Shown here piece after piece: positions 1 through 12,935 of a stretch of 64,000 nucleotides of DNA. Source of the stretch: Narcine bancroftii (taxonomy: Eukaryota); the NCBI RefSeq assembly GCF_036971445.1, contig NC_091472.1:304916001-304980000 (forward strand). The letters run 5' to 3'. The translations under genes were made by a program, and so were the position numbers. Position 1 is the first letter of the stretch, and each line of letters begins with the position of its first letter. The notes beneath the pieces were generated by a model, which did no database searches, was not told the origin of the DNA, and was given only the letters and a program-made list of their open reading frames with translations.

Positions 1-1682
1 AATTCAAAAACCATAGATCCCACTTGTGGTTTGTTCCTGTGAAATAACAACTTTTCTTGATTCTTCCCCCCACCCCATCTTCTCAAAAACAAATCGCCGG
101 GATTCAAAACGACTTTTTAAAAAAAAATATTATCACAATCCTAATTTTCCTCTCGCGTGGAATTGAATTGCTTGACATTTTCAATTATTGTCGAAACCGT
201 GTCATGTTTCTCTGAGTGGCAACATAGTCAACGAATTTGCCAGTGCAAAGACTCGCTTGGCGAAAGCAGGTAAACCTACTCTCTTAACTAGTGAGATGAC
301 CCCCTTCAAGACACCACAATATTCTGAAAACTAGGTCACAACGACTGATCTCTTTCCATTATCCATTTAAAATTTGTGGAATGTTACTCTTCCTAGTTTT
401 GTAGCTCCATCTGATCTATACATTTTATTTAAATATTTGCACATTTCTTCCTTTTCGTGAATCAGAACATTGAGAGAACATCCATTGCTCGGAAAAATAA
501 TCTCTAAAGAGTGTACGGCTTGGTTTAACATATAAAATATATATTGATTTTACTTCTCGTGGTGGTAGACAATTCACATAGCATTTATTGTTGATAGATT
601 TCCGTAATCTAAAGGTGTTCTATTCCACAGAGCTGAATTATTTAGTATACGTTTTGTTTTTGCTTCTGCCCTGAAGTCTGAGATAACAATTGGGTTAAAC
701 GAACCAGGCACTCGAATTTTGCTAAAATGTTCACCTAAAAGCTAGATAGGTTCAGATTTTTGCTAAAAAACGTAGCCAATTGAGAAAGCCGGTGATTCCA
801 AACTCAGGTTTTTAGTCTGCTTGAGATATATCTCTGAAAGTTCTTGCACGGTCCTATTACTCTCAGGAGTTGACAATTTAGAATAACTGAATTTTCTCAA
901 TACAGACTATAAACTCAGCTCTGGTATGGGAACATTTTGTTCTGTTATGCAATAGCACAATTCGAAAATTACAGCGCTGAGAGGAAAAAAGACTAAGGTT
1001 CAAGTAACTTTCACTCGATTTTTTTAAAAGTATCAATTTAAGAGTGATTGCTTTAAGAATTAAATAGACAAAAGAGAAAATGTGATCTTTAAAATCTGCT
1101 TCGAGGTGGTTTTGTCGATGTTATCACGAAGAACACATTTTGATACTAAAAGGGTTGAAACCGGGATTCTTCCTCAGAATTCATGAAAATGCAAAAATCT
1201 ATCACCACTCTCTCCATTCTGTAAGTGTGACAACAAACATAATCCCATTTGCAAGTAATTTTCGCATGTTCCTCAATGCTTAATCTAAATTTAAGAAATC
1301 CTCAAAAACTCTTCATGTATTCAATACTTGTAAGGAACTGACACTTCAAATAATATAAAATGTTTTATGTCATGAATATTATCCCATGTAAATATCAATT
1401 AAACTGCATTAGTTGTAGTATTGCCGAGAAATAGCGATCCTCTTTTTTTAACTTATTTCACAGTTTCGATTATTTTATTTAATTTTTTGGGGAAAAAAAA
1501 TTAAGATCGGGAAAAGAGGGCAGTGGGTCTGAAGCGAGATCAACCGCGGAATGTCACGTGGTCAAAACCGACCTATCGCGTTTCACTCGCGCAATGCACA
1601 CTCTCATCAGTGAAAATAAGCACCTCTTTCCACTCCGAGACTGCTTTTATAAAGCAGTACTTAGTTTGCAGTGGGTCGTGAT

Positions 1683-2367
1683 ATGACAGCTCTTCTTTCA
1701 GCCCCTTGGAGGACTGATACTGTCAGATACCTGCACAGCAGAAACAATACGAATAATCCGGAGATGGAAGGATTGGGTGGGAACGTCCCTTCAAATCAAT
1801 GCAGGAATTTCCTATCTGCCTCTGCATTTGGAGCTCATCACAACTCCTTATCTTCGGGACCTGCTTACTCAGGCGGAGATCGGACGCATTCTGTCACTTC
1901 TGAACCAGCTAAGCAATGCAGCCCATGTCCAGCTCCTCCAAGCCCTTCAAACCCAGCCTTCAGTTATGGCTATCACTTTGGAAGCAGCTATTACAGTTGT
2001 CGAAATGTTGGTATACAGCAAACAGGACTGAAATCTGGTGCTCACGCGTCTCTAGCCGGTTACCCGGTGGACAAATACATGGACGTTTCGGGGTTGACCA
2101 ACACTTCTATCCCCAGTGATGAGGTGTCAACTCGGGCAAAAGAATTTGCTTTCTATCAGAGTTACCCTAATCCTTATCAACGAGTATCTAGTTATTTGGA
2201 CGTTCCAGTAGTTCCGACCATAAGTGGCCACGGAGAGCCGAGGCATGAAGCCTTAATATCCATGGAGGGTTACCAGCCTTGGACCTTTGCTAATGGCTGG
2301 AATGGTCAAGTATATTGCCCTAAAGATCAGACACAGTCTTCACATTTTTGGAAATCGCCTCTTTCAG
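1683..2367 (+). CDS. hoxd13: Hoxd13 exon 1 (alternative downstream start ATG at 1764, MEGLGG)
   Basis: Hox13 motifs [28 protein letters not shown]-like, YLDVPVV, WNGQVYC; phase-1 donor TCAG|GTATCA at 2367/2368; spliced product about 311 aa. Confidence 0.93.
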
Positions 2368-2710
2368 GTATCATAAAATATTTTCACAGAAAAATATTTC
2401 AAACTCATTTTAATGTTAACAAAAGAAAATGGAGGAAACTTTCATTTACCTTTATGGGAAATGTTCTAATTTATTTTTCCATTTGGAATATTTAAAATAA
2501 ATAACATTTAGAACCCATGTACCAGAACTAAGATGGTCTGCTTCATTTGTCTGAAAGCTTAAAAATCTCAAATGAGTGATCAAATGTACCAAATATTCAA
2601 ACGTGCTATTAAAAAAAAACTTTCACCATCTCCTCCTTTTTATTTTACCCTCCCTTTTCAGCTGAAGCTTCTTGGAGCTTATGTTCTTCTAATTTGCATT
2701 TTCCCTTCAG

Positions 2711-2961
2711 GAGATGTGATGCACAATCAGACAGATATAAACCTTTACAGGCGAGGGAGGAAGAAAAGGGTTCCCTACACGAAAACGCAGCTTAAAGAAC
2801 TCGAGCGAGAATACGCCACTAATAAATTCATTACCAAGGAAAAAAGACGAAGGATATCTACAGCCATCAACCTTACCGAAAGACAAGTTACCATTTGGTT
2901 TCAGAACAGAAGAGTTAAGGAGAAAAAAGTGGTTTCCAAAGTCAAAGAAAATATACCTTGA
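2711..2961 (+). CDS. hoxd13: Hoxd13 exon 2, homeobox
   Basis: Acceptor TTCCCTTCAG at 2710; [12 protein letters not shown]...[17 protein letters not shown] is paralog group 13; TGA 2959-2961. Confidence 0.96.
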
Positions 2962-5339
2962 TTGCGCAGACATCACTAGCCAATAACGGCGCATGATAAA
3001 TTATACCGAATGGTATTTTACAAACGGAAGATAACTGAAGGTGGGAGACATTAAGCAAAATATTCGGATTTATAAACAAAAAAATCTTGAAGTGGAAAGT
3101 TCCATGAAATGTATTGCAAAACTTCGCCACATGAGAACAAATGAGGCACTCCTTGAAGAGAGCGACCAATTCCACAGTGATAAATTTGTATTGCGTTACC
3201 GTGCTGGGTCATTTTCACGAGCGATATTGCACAAGTTGCAAAATCATGGGGTTTCCCCCCCCCCCCCCCCCACGTCTTAACAATATGTTCTGGATTCAGA
3301 TCAATTGAGCGATTTTTCGAAACGTGGAGATAAAATATCGAGAACTGATAGATAACACGTTTAGCCCCCAACGCTGACAGTAAATAAAGTTCGCTATTTC
3401 TTACGATATTTTTTTTTCCATTTTAACATTTTGTCATATTTTGCAAGGAATCCAATGTGAATAGGTTCAAATGGTAACCGCAAATGCGAGCAACAATGAT
3501 TTAGTGATTGAAAATGCAATGGTAACATTGATGCCCATCAGATATTATTTGCAACAGTGCAGACTCCGTGCGGCGAAACGCCGTACTGTTGTTATTTTAA
3601 TCCGCCGCGAATTTACAATCATGTTGATAACAAATTATTTAGTCCATATACCGAGAAAGCTTGAAGTTGATTAACAGCAGAAAATTCTTAGGTATCACAG
3701 TTCCAAAAGCAAATGTAGTAATTAAAGAGAAACATCAGTCTCAAATGAAATATTTGTCCAATTTAAACGACTTCGTGTATATTTGTGATGTTAAAATAAG
3801 AAAGGCTATGTTTCTACCTTTTGAATATTTTGTTCTTTGAACTGTTATTTTCAAAACAAATGTTAATATATTTGAAAATCCGATTGATATTTTGAATGCG
3901 GAAGCTTTAAGTGAACTCTCTTCAGCTATTTTCTAAATAATGGCTTATTATTTTACTTCTTTATTGGAATCACGATTTACTATATGAGTAAATCATGAAA
4001 CATCATTCCGGTGTTTTATGTATATTTTTAAAATAAGCGTTGTTCATATTTCCCTCATTTTCTTTACCTAGGGCATTTCTGATTTGATATGGTGTCGTTT
4101 TCTTACATGGATTAATGCTATGTAAAAATTAAAACAACTCACTCTTCAACTATGTCGAAGTTTTATATTTCTTGTAAATTATTTCGACATATTTTAGTAC
4201 ATCAACGTTTATCATATTGAACTGTACATTGCTTGAATAAATGTTTCAGAATTCATTGCTATATTGCGTTTTATCTGTAAAATTCTAATAAAGGGAATAA
4301 ATATAGACTGTTTCATTTATAAACTGGAAGGAACTAAAAGGGAAAAGATGCTATTTGATGTTTTAATGACATATGTTTGATCGCCCGTGAGCTTTTCTGG
4401 TATTTTGTAAGCATAATTGAAGATACTCTAAATTTGCAAGCTATCCATTTAGCTGTGCTTTAAAACAAACTATGAACAGCATAATTTGTCAGAATTATTT
4501 CACTCTGCCATGTCCAGACGTGAGGAAAATGCCAAATTGCCTCCCATTCCACTCGAATACAATTCCGAGATTTCTTTAAAAACTGCTCCATTTCAAAATT
4601 CAATTTTCGCGTTTTGCAGATGAATTGAAAACATTGACACGTTTATCACATAAAAGCATTACCTAAACATTGCACCCAAATAATTACTGTAAATCAATAA
4701 AGTGGATTGTCCTGTGGATATCAGGAGCGATTACTTTACATTTGGCTTGCCAAAATTTTCACAGTGCAATCTCTTGCCGTTTGCACACTATAGACTTTCT
4801 TTCATTCCTTTGATAGAACTGAGACCCTTGGAAATATCACGAGCTCCGCACAGATGGCAAAAGGAAGTATTCATTGTAGCGTCCCTGTTGGCAACCGTGT
4901 GTAAATAATACAATACATGATGATATGGGTAATGTGTTCAAAGCAGTTAAAACCCAGCCTGGGATTTCCAACTCACTCCTTCAAGTAAAAGATGGGGTGA
5001 ATATTGAAGTTCAAGGAAGTGGAAGTGGGGTGGAGGCAATAAATCAGCTCCTAGTTTCAAAATAGACATATTAAGTGATGAAATTTTGAATTATGTGAGA
5101 TTCATTGCTTTCATATGAGCACTAACTTAGTAGGTGATAATGCTGTTGACCCTGCCATCTTTATTTACCACCTGCTTACAATTGCTAACCATGTTCCTGT
5201 GCCCTGTACTGTTGGTCAAACGTAGCAACAAATGTAACAGATTTGTTTCCTCATGTTACACGCAAAGTCTGACAATTCTCCGTTAAATTTGTTGGAACTT
5301 TGTGACATTAAAATAGATTTCTGCAGGGATGTTCACACT

Positions 5340-5464
5340 TCTGACGTCAGATTTCTATTCACCCTTGACCTTGACTATGGTTATAGTCTTTGACCTTGAC
5401 TTCATTTAGCATCATGAATAATAAAAGCTATCTTGACCACGGAATTAGTTCGCCATCTGCTGGA
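5340..5464. promoter_or_regulatory. Hoxd13-Hoxd12 intergenic element: CRE palindrome, two TGACCTTGA sites and a CTCF-like motif
   Basis: TCTGACGTCAGA 5340-5351; TGACCTTGA 5366-5374 and 5391-5399; minus-strand TCCAGCAGATGGCG 5451-5464. Confidence 0.55.
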
Positions 5465-8040
5465 TAACCTGCTCTAAAACATGAAGGAACACAGTTGTTG
5501 GAACTGAAGCGCGGGCTTCAAGATGGTCGTTCGGTCGTAACTTTAGGTTGGAGAATTTTGCCATTTTTTTTTTATTTTCATGGGCTTAATGATGAGTCGC
5601 GTGAGCATCTTTTGTTCAAGGAAAACACGAGAAAAAAAATGTCTGATATTTTCGAAGGCCAGTGTTCAACGTGTAAAAAACTGAGGTATGTTTCGCATTG
5701 ATTTCACGAAGTCACGCATAATATAATATTGGTCTATTTGGTATTTAGATCCCTGGAAACACGGCGCATCCCGAATTGGAATTTTGTTCTCAGTGATACT
5801 GGCCCTCCGCACGGGTGGTTTCTATGAAAGTATGGCATTTGGTTCGGTTTTATGTTGATTTTATTTTTCAATGTGCAGCAATAAAATATCAGAAAGGCTA
5901 ACCTGGATCGCATAAGAAGTTTGAGAAACAGAATTAACAATGAAACAGCTTTTTCTGTTGTAGAGGGTGTAAAACGAGCTTCGGGACCCAAGTTGCATGA
6001 AATCAAATGAAAATTTCATGGTGTGCAACCTGACGCCCAGCTTCAAAATGAAATGGCAAAGTATATATTAATCTTAAACATTGTCAGTAGATGCATAGTA
6101 AACAAATCAGCGACTTGATCTCATTCGACATTGACCTTGAACTGCGCTGCAGTTTAATTTCAGAGTATTTTCAAGATTTTGCAAGATTCGATAGGGAGCC
6201 TTTGTAATTGTTTTTGGATTTTCATGTGCTGCTGAAGAAAACCTTTTTCGAGATTTTTTTGTGGAGAATCGTTGGGTCATAAAAGGACAGGGGACAAACA
6301 GTCCTTTTTCCTTCCGGTGGTGGTGATTTTACTGCTCGTGATTTGTACTGAAAGGACTATTTCTTGGTGAAGTTGTAGATAGGCATGTATATTTAAAGAG
6401 CGAAGCACTTTGTTCAATTATAGACTTGATATGGCAAACTAAACAAAATATGTAGTTTCTGCAGTCGATGCCACGCTAGATAGGTTACTTTAGGATGCAT
6501 GCGTGACTTTTGGTTATCTAAAATAAATGTTGACAGAATAAAATGTATAGTTCGATAAGGATGTACACATTTGGATTAATGTTATCTCATACGGGTTTCA
6601 GCTGATAATTGGTCAAGCGCCATGTTAATGTTTTAATCATTAAGAATTGTGATGTTTCTCGCGTGGTTTTGCAAATCAGTTAACTATCAAAGTTTAAAGC
6701 AGATCAACGCAAGAAACGGATACGCTCTTGTGATCTCGAAACCAACGTTGGAAAATCTGCTGCTATTGACTTCAGCAAAAATGTCCAGATTTCCATTCGT
6801 TTAGAATTAAAGTGAGCGTTTGCGACGCTCTAATTTACAGATGACAATCTTCAGACATCTTGTACTTTTTCAACTAAGCCCCTTCAAATTAAAGAAGGAT
6901 CAAATCCAATTTTCAAAAATCTACTTGAATAGTCGAATTGTAAACATAAATTTATAATCGAATTACCGTCAGTAGCTTTTAAACCTAGCCGCGCTCGACA
7001 GGGCTGCACAACACGATTCGGTTAAAATATGGACACGCTGGGAACAGAGCCATTTTAGTTTTCACCAACAAATGAATTACAGGTTTAAATGTGATAAACG
7101 AGTTGATTTTGAAAAATAAAAATGCCTGCGATTATTACATTTGACTACGAGATAGGGGGCATGTTTATCATTCACTTTCCAGCAAAAATAATGTCGATGG
7201 ACGCACGGTATAATTTTATTATTAAGGTTTATTTTCGTGCTAAACACGGAACCAAACCTTAGCACATTGCATTCTACTTGTAAATTGGCGCATTCGATTT
7301 TTTGAAATAGTCTCAAAATTATTTTGGCATAAAATATCTTTTTCTAACCTCTTTAGGTTCGCCAGTTTGATTATTGAAAGTCTTCGTTTCATTAACAACA
7401 GAAATAAAATATGTAAGTTGTCGAATTGGATGTGGTTCACAAGGGATTTGGACTGTACGAAAATACTTACTGATACACGAATAAACAAACGTGGAAATGC
7501 TGATGGAAATAAAAATGATTTTATTGGAAATGCTCCACGTTTATTTGACTTAAATGGATATTACTCTTGGATACCATTAAAAAAGAATGTATTATCTCAG
7601 CTAATGTATCAGATGAGTTTGACGTTTTGAACAATTTTAACTGTTACTTAAGATAACATGGAACAATTTCGGGTTGAAAGCAAATACAATATACGTTTAT
7701 CAAATTCATCAAATGTCGAATTTAACCAATCGAGCAGTGATCCGGAGGCACGATTGCAAACAGGATGTCACAATTATTACATGAAGGTATTTTTTTTCTG
7801 AACTCTCTTTGCATCCCGCCACGGCATCGCACTAACAGCCGTAAGTGGATGAAAGTACACATGGACGTGGACTTGGACATTTCGGTCGCGAGTTGTGTTG
7901 GGACGAAGGCGGTGCCAAAGAAAAAAAGCTGCTTCCGCTTGTCTTGTGATCCTCCTGGAGCCAATCGGGGATCGCCTTTCATTTATCTCTGTCTGGAAGC
8001 TAAATAGGAGACAGAGAAGATCTGATCGCGCTTCTCGGAA

Positions 8041-8620
8041 ATGTGCGAGCACAATCTGCTAAATTCAGGTTATGTCGGCTCTCTGTTAAATTTTGCCAGC
8101 CCGGAGCCCTTCTACTTCCCTAACCTGCGTCCGAATGCGGCTCAACTGGCAAATCTGTCACCAGCACTTTCTTGCACCCGCAGGGAGGTGTGCTCGTTCC
8201 CGTGGACTTCCAGTCCATGCGCATCGCCGCCGCAGAGCCGCGCCTTCAGCGGCTACTCGCAGTCCTATCTCAGCAACTCAGTCTCCATCAGCATCAATAG
8301 GCATGGATCAGACAAAGCCGCAGCCGGCGAAGAGCCTAACAAATATTACTTCCAAGACAGCAGCCGAAAACTGGACGAGAGATGCAGACACAATCAGTCC
8401 TATCCAAGTGATACCAACATCCCCTCTTCAGTCAACATCAATCCTGCCAAGTACGAGTACCTCAACGTGGAAACATCTCTCCATGGCTCGTCATTACATA
8501 ATCAAGGCTTTGAATTGAATTCCACCTCTCCCTCTGTAAATGAAGACGGCAAGCAATGTGTGAGCCTCAATATGTCATTACAGTCATCAGTTACGCCAAT
8601 GTGCAACAGATCCGCCGATG
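8041..8620 (+). CDS. hoxd12: Hoxd12 exon 1
   Basis: MCEHNLLNSGYVGSLLNF Hox12 N-terminus; phase-1 donor GATG|GTAGAG at 8620/8621. Confidence 0.94.
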
Positions 8621-9302
8621 GTAGAGTATCAGTGCAACATTAAAACAATGGCCATTTGAATAATGCGGTATCCTTCCTTGTTCAACGTGCTACCTGTCAT
8701 CTTGACGTGAATTTCAGTTGTGGAACAGCAAACAGAGATCCTGGAACAGTTAAAACTATCAAAAGCACCATGATTGTAAATTCAAAGCTATTCTGACGAA
8801 ATAATAACAAACAATGAAACTCAAAACATGATGACAAATCATTGGTGATAAATACTTATCTTCACTAGCACGTAAATTACAACGCAGATATTGCAGTCGA
8901 CTTTTAACGAGGAAGAGAATGTATCTGATTTCCAACGATTTGTCATTTTATTTAAGAAAAAGTCAAGGAGATCGCTCTGTTCGGATTTAAATTAGAGAGT
9001 TTTTCGTGTTAACTGTGACATAATATGAAGGCAATAAGATAGATCATTTAAATTTTTGTGTTAATTATACTTGGCTCTTGACTCGTTTAATGGCTTAATA
9101 GCGTTGTCTTTCGTTTGTAAGATTAAAGGTCACCCAAATAGAAAACATCGTGTCTAATAATAATAAAAATGTCGATTTCTAAATGCTGACAACGGCCTGA
9201 ACTCAAACAAAAATCGCACTTAAAAGTATGAATCGCTTTGGGATGAGTATGTTAAAGTGCCGCAATTTCTTTAGCGTGTTCTTTTCTAATTTCCACTTGC
9301 AG

Positions 9303-9541
9303 GGTTATCGTGGTGCCCAACCCAAGGGAGGACAAGGAGGAAACGCAAGCCGTACACAAAGCAACAAATAGCTGAACTTGAAAATGAATTCCTCGCGAAC
9401 GAGTTTATCAATCGACAGAAGAGGAAGGAATTGTCCGATAGACTAAATCTGAGCGACCAGCAAGTGAAAATCTGGTTTCAAAACCGGCGCATGAAAAAGA
9501 AGAGACTTGTTATGCGCGAACAAACGCTTTCACTCTTTTAG
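9303..9541 (+). CDS. hoxd12: Hoxd12 exon 2, homeobox (not in ORF track)
   Basis: Acceptor CACTTGCAG at 9302; hand translation [79 protein letters not shown]; spliced product about 272 aa. Confidence 0.96.
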
Positions 9542-12500
9542 GCCAAAGTAAAGTTTAAATGTGAGTTTCAAGGTCGTGAATTGAACTTTGTCTGGTAATT
9601 AAGCTTGCTCACAGAAAGCATGTAGATCAAGAACATCCATTGTTTTAATGGAAAGGTGCTCCTTTGATGTGCTGTCATATAAAACAGCTATCGACCATTC
9701 CATTGCCACTGCCTCTAGTCCAGGGCGTGTTGGTTTAGTTAAACCTCAGCAACATACAGGGACTGAGATGCAAACTACGGATACCTCATGAAATTTTGTT
9801 ACAGCAGGAAATTAATCGACAGGCAAAGATAAAGAGACTTTTTTTTTTAGCCTGTTTCTTGCTGTTCATGCATAACATGCCAGCGCCTTCTCATCATCAT
9901 TAGTTAGTTTCGATGACATTTGTAATTAGTTTATGTCTTCGGTTTGTTTAAATTGTTCCACAACTGTCCACTTGAACAACACGCAGATTTTCTGCATTTT
10001 GAGAATGTAAGTACAAAAGACAATTAAAATTGAACCTTAGTATTTTAATCGTAAGTATATAAATATTATGCATGCACTCTACCTATGAAAATGGAGTAAG
10101 AATAAAACGAATGTTGAAACAAATGTACATTTGTATATCAGTCATATTCTTTCCTTATTGTGTTGTAGAGTTGGAGGCGGTAAACCGATTAATTCTAAGA
10201 CGAATTAAGATCTTGTAATGATACATGTTTAACCAGCAGTGCTAAATTCCTGTTTTGAAATTGGTGGCGTTCACGGGATACATGATTTAAATTGTGTTAT
10301 TGGTGCTATGTTGTTCTCAAGATTGCACCGACCCAGGCTGCATTATTCGGAGTTATTTTTCTGAAATTACAGGTGAACCTGGCAGGTACAATAAAACAAG
10401 TGCCAGAAAATAAATAAACATGCGGTTGATAAACAGTTCCTTATTTGTATTTTTCTTGCTTGCTTTGAAGAGCCACATGGAGCATAATAATAAAAACACG
10501 CTTCTTTTTATACAATTAATTTATTGGTATTGTTCTGGTTCAGTAACATATTTACTGAGGGGACGAATTCAAAAATGATCCAGTATTTATGCCCTCAAAT
10601 TTTATTTCGGACCTCTAACTTTGACGCACACGCTGCGGAAATAGCAAGAGCCCAAATAGACAAATTACAAGGTAGATCGCTTCCAAATCAATCGCTTCCA
10701 AGCCATGTCATTGAGAAGGCGCCAATGTTGCGCCATTACTACGAACTCGTTTCCCACAATTTCTTTTTAACCGAGTTTACCTATTAACTTGAGGATTGGA
10801 CTGGGGAACATACAGCGGCCGCTTGGATATTTTAAAACATTTTTTTTTTAATTGAAATATATCGAATGCGGAATAAACTTCTTTCCATACAAATGCGATA
10901 ACGGTGCCCAATAGAATCTGGAAATAATTAAAGAAACCCGTGATCTTATCTTTCACTTTTAATGTATTGGGTTTAATTTGTTAAAAAGCGATTTAATTCT
11001 CTAGTTTGAGAGATATTATGGAAAACCTATTTTCATGCCGGTATTTGGAAGGAAATATTTAGATGCCTCACTATGGGAATCTAAACTATTAATTTGAAAT
11101 TATTCTCCCTCTGAATCGCTAGAAAGAACAGATATCAAACAAACAAGTGAAGACAAAAGTTTTAAAAAAAGTTCAAATGAAATCACACAGTCTTTCGGGT
11201 AGATTAGAAGTTATTTGATCGATTATAAGATGCGACCTATTTTATTTGAAGCCATAATTCGCTTTTTATTCGTAATTTCCTGCGGCTTGATGGGGCGACT
11301 TAACTTTTTTGCCCAACAGATTAGAAATTATTGCTTCCTAGAACTAAAGCAATAGTGATCGATTTTCAAGAATGGAGTCAACCTCTTCCGAAGGAGATCA
11401 TTTCACTTCCATGTTATGAATAACATCACGGCCGGGTCCTAAACGAACTCATTTTATTAATTCCCGGTTTCAAGTATGCACGTAAATGTTTCATTCGATC
11501 AAGTTGTGATGGCTAATCAACGAGGGCATTTGGATAAACTCTTTGCATCTGTGTCTGAACATTTAGCGGAAGATGTAAACGAGAACAAGTGACACGCACT
11601 CTCTTTACTTCTCTTTCTCGCAAATCAGGGCGGAGGTGGGCAGAAAACAACCAGTCCCGCCATTTGTCTGGGTTCCCATTAATTAAGCATGCACCGTGCG
11701 ATTTTTATTATTTTTAAAAAAAGAGTTTATTGAAACATATCAACACAAATAAATAAGAATTGGTCACAGTGTTATATTAATCCTTTCGTGATACATCAAC
11801 AGAAGGTGTCACAAATAAGAAGCGAACAGTTAATTTTTGGGATAATGACGCGCCTCAAATTCAAACAGTGTTTTGTTTCAGTTGATCGATGTAGATGAGG
11901 ATTGTACTGCAAACCACGCACTCACATATTTAACAGAATTTAAATGATTCTCGCGCTAGTTAAAATGCTTCCTTGCGGTAAAACGATGTCCTAGTTCTTG
12001 GGCTTCGTGCTTATAGCAAGTAAATGAAAGGGGGAAAAAAAAGATGCCCTGTGGCCCCGACGTTAGACGCATTTCTCTGTGTCCCTGTAGACGGGGCCAT
12101 GTAAAGAGAAATACCCTAGTTGTCCAGAGCCTTTTACTTGACGTGGAGGCGGGTTTTATGACAGAAAATACTTCAGATTGGGACAAATGGATAAAAGTTC
12201 CACCAAATTCCATTTTACCAGGATTTATATGATATTTTGTGGATTCAACCATGAAATAGATTGAAATGAACGCATGCAATAATTTGCAAAGATATTGTTT
12301 ATTTACTGCGAGAACTCCGTGCAATCACAGACATTTCCACTGCTTCTTTGACTTTAAATCGCACGAATATGCACAGACTCTTGAACCGTGTAGACTTTTC
12401 CAGAGTCCGAAGCGATATAAACATCGAAAGGCCATACATTCATCTAAATCAAAAATATCTGTTATTTATTATCCTCTGGTTCAAATTGTAAATAAAAGTG

Positions 12501-12897
12501 CCCGGGATTCCAGTACTTGCACGTTATGAATTGACTTGCCAATTAACTTAAAAATTGAATTGTAAACATCGTCATGAGAGTTTAAAGTCTGGTATTTTGA
12601 GGGGTATCATCAGCCCTGAGCGTGGCGCCGAATTTCTGATTTTTTTTTCTGCTGCACGATAGGGGATTACTATTACATATGGATTATTATTTCACTCCGT
12701 AATTTGCATTAATCTGTTGGATAAGATTAATTAAAAGATGCATTTACATCCAAATATATTGCAACAGTGCAACAGAATATACAGCAATTTTAACCCGAGC
12801 TTTCGGAATTTGTTCGACATTCGGTTGAATTGATCAGAATCTCTTTTCCATCTCAGTTTTATTGTCGAGCTGCCAGGCGGTGTCTCTACGCGCTCTC

Positions 12898-12935
12898 CAG
12901 ATACTGGGGGCGCCATAACAAAGTTAAGGTCAAGT
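12898..12935 (+). promoter_or_regulatory. Hoxd12-Hoxd11 intergenic element (CTCF-like motif plus nuclear receptor half-site)
   Basis: CAGATACTGGGGGCGCCA followed by TAACAAAGTTAAGGTCAAG. Confidence 0.45.

Noticed and set aside
1-1500. Hoxd14 or Evx2 coding sequence
   Set aside because: No homeobox or recognisable ORF; these would lie upstream of the window.
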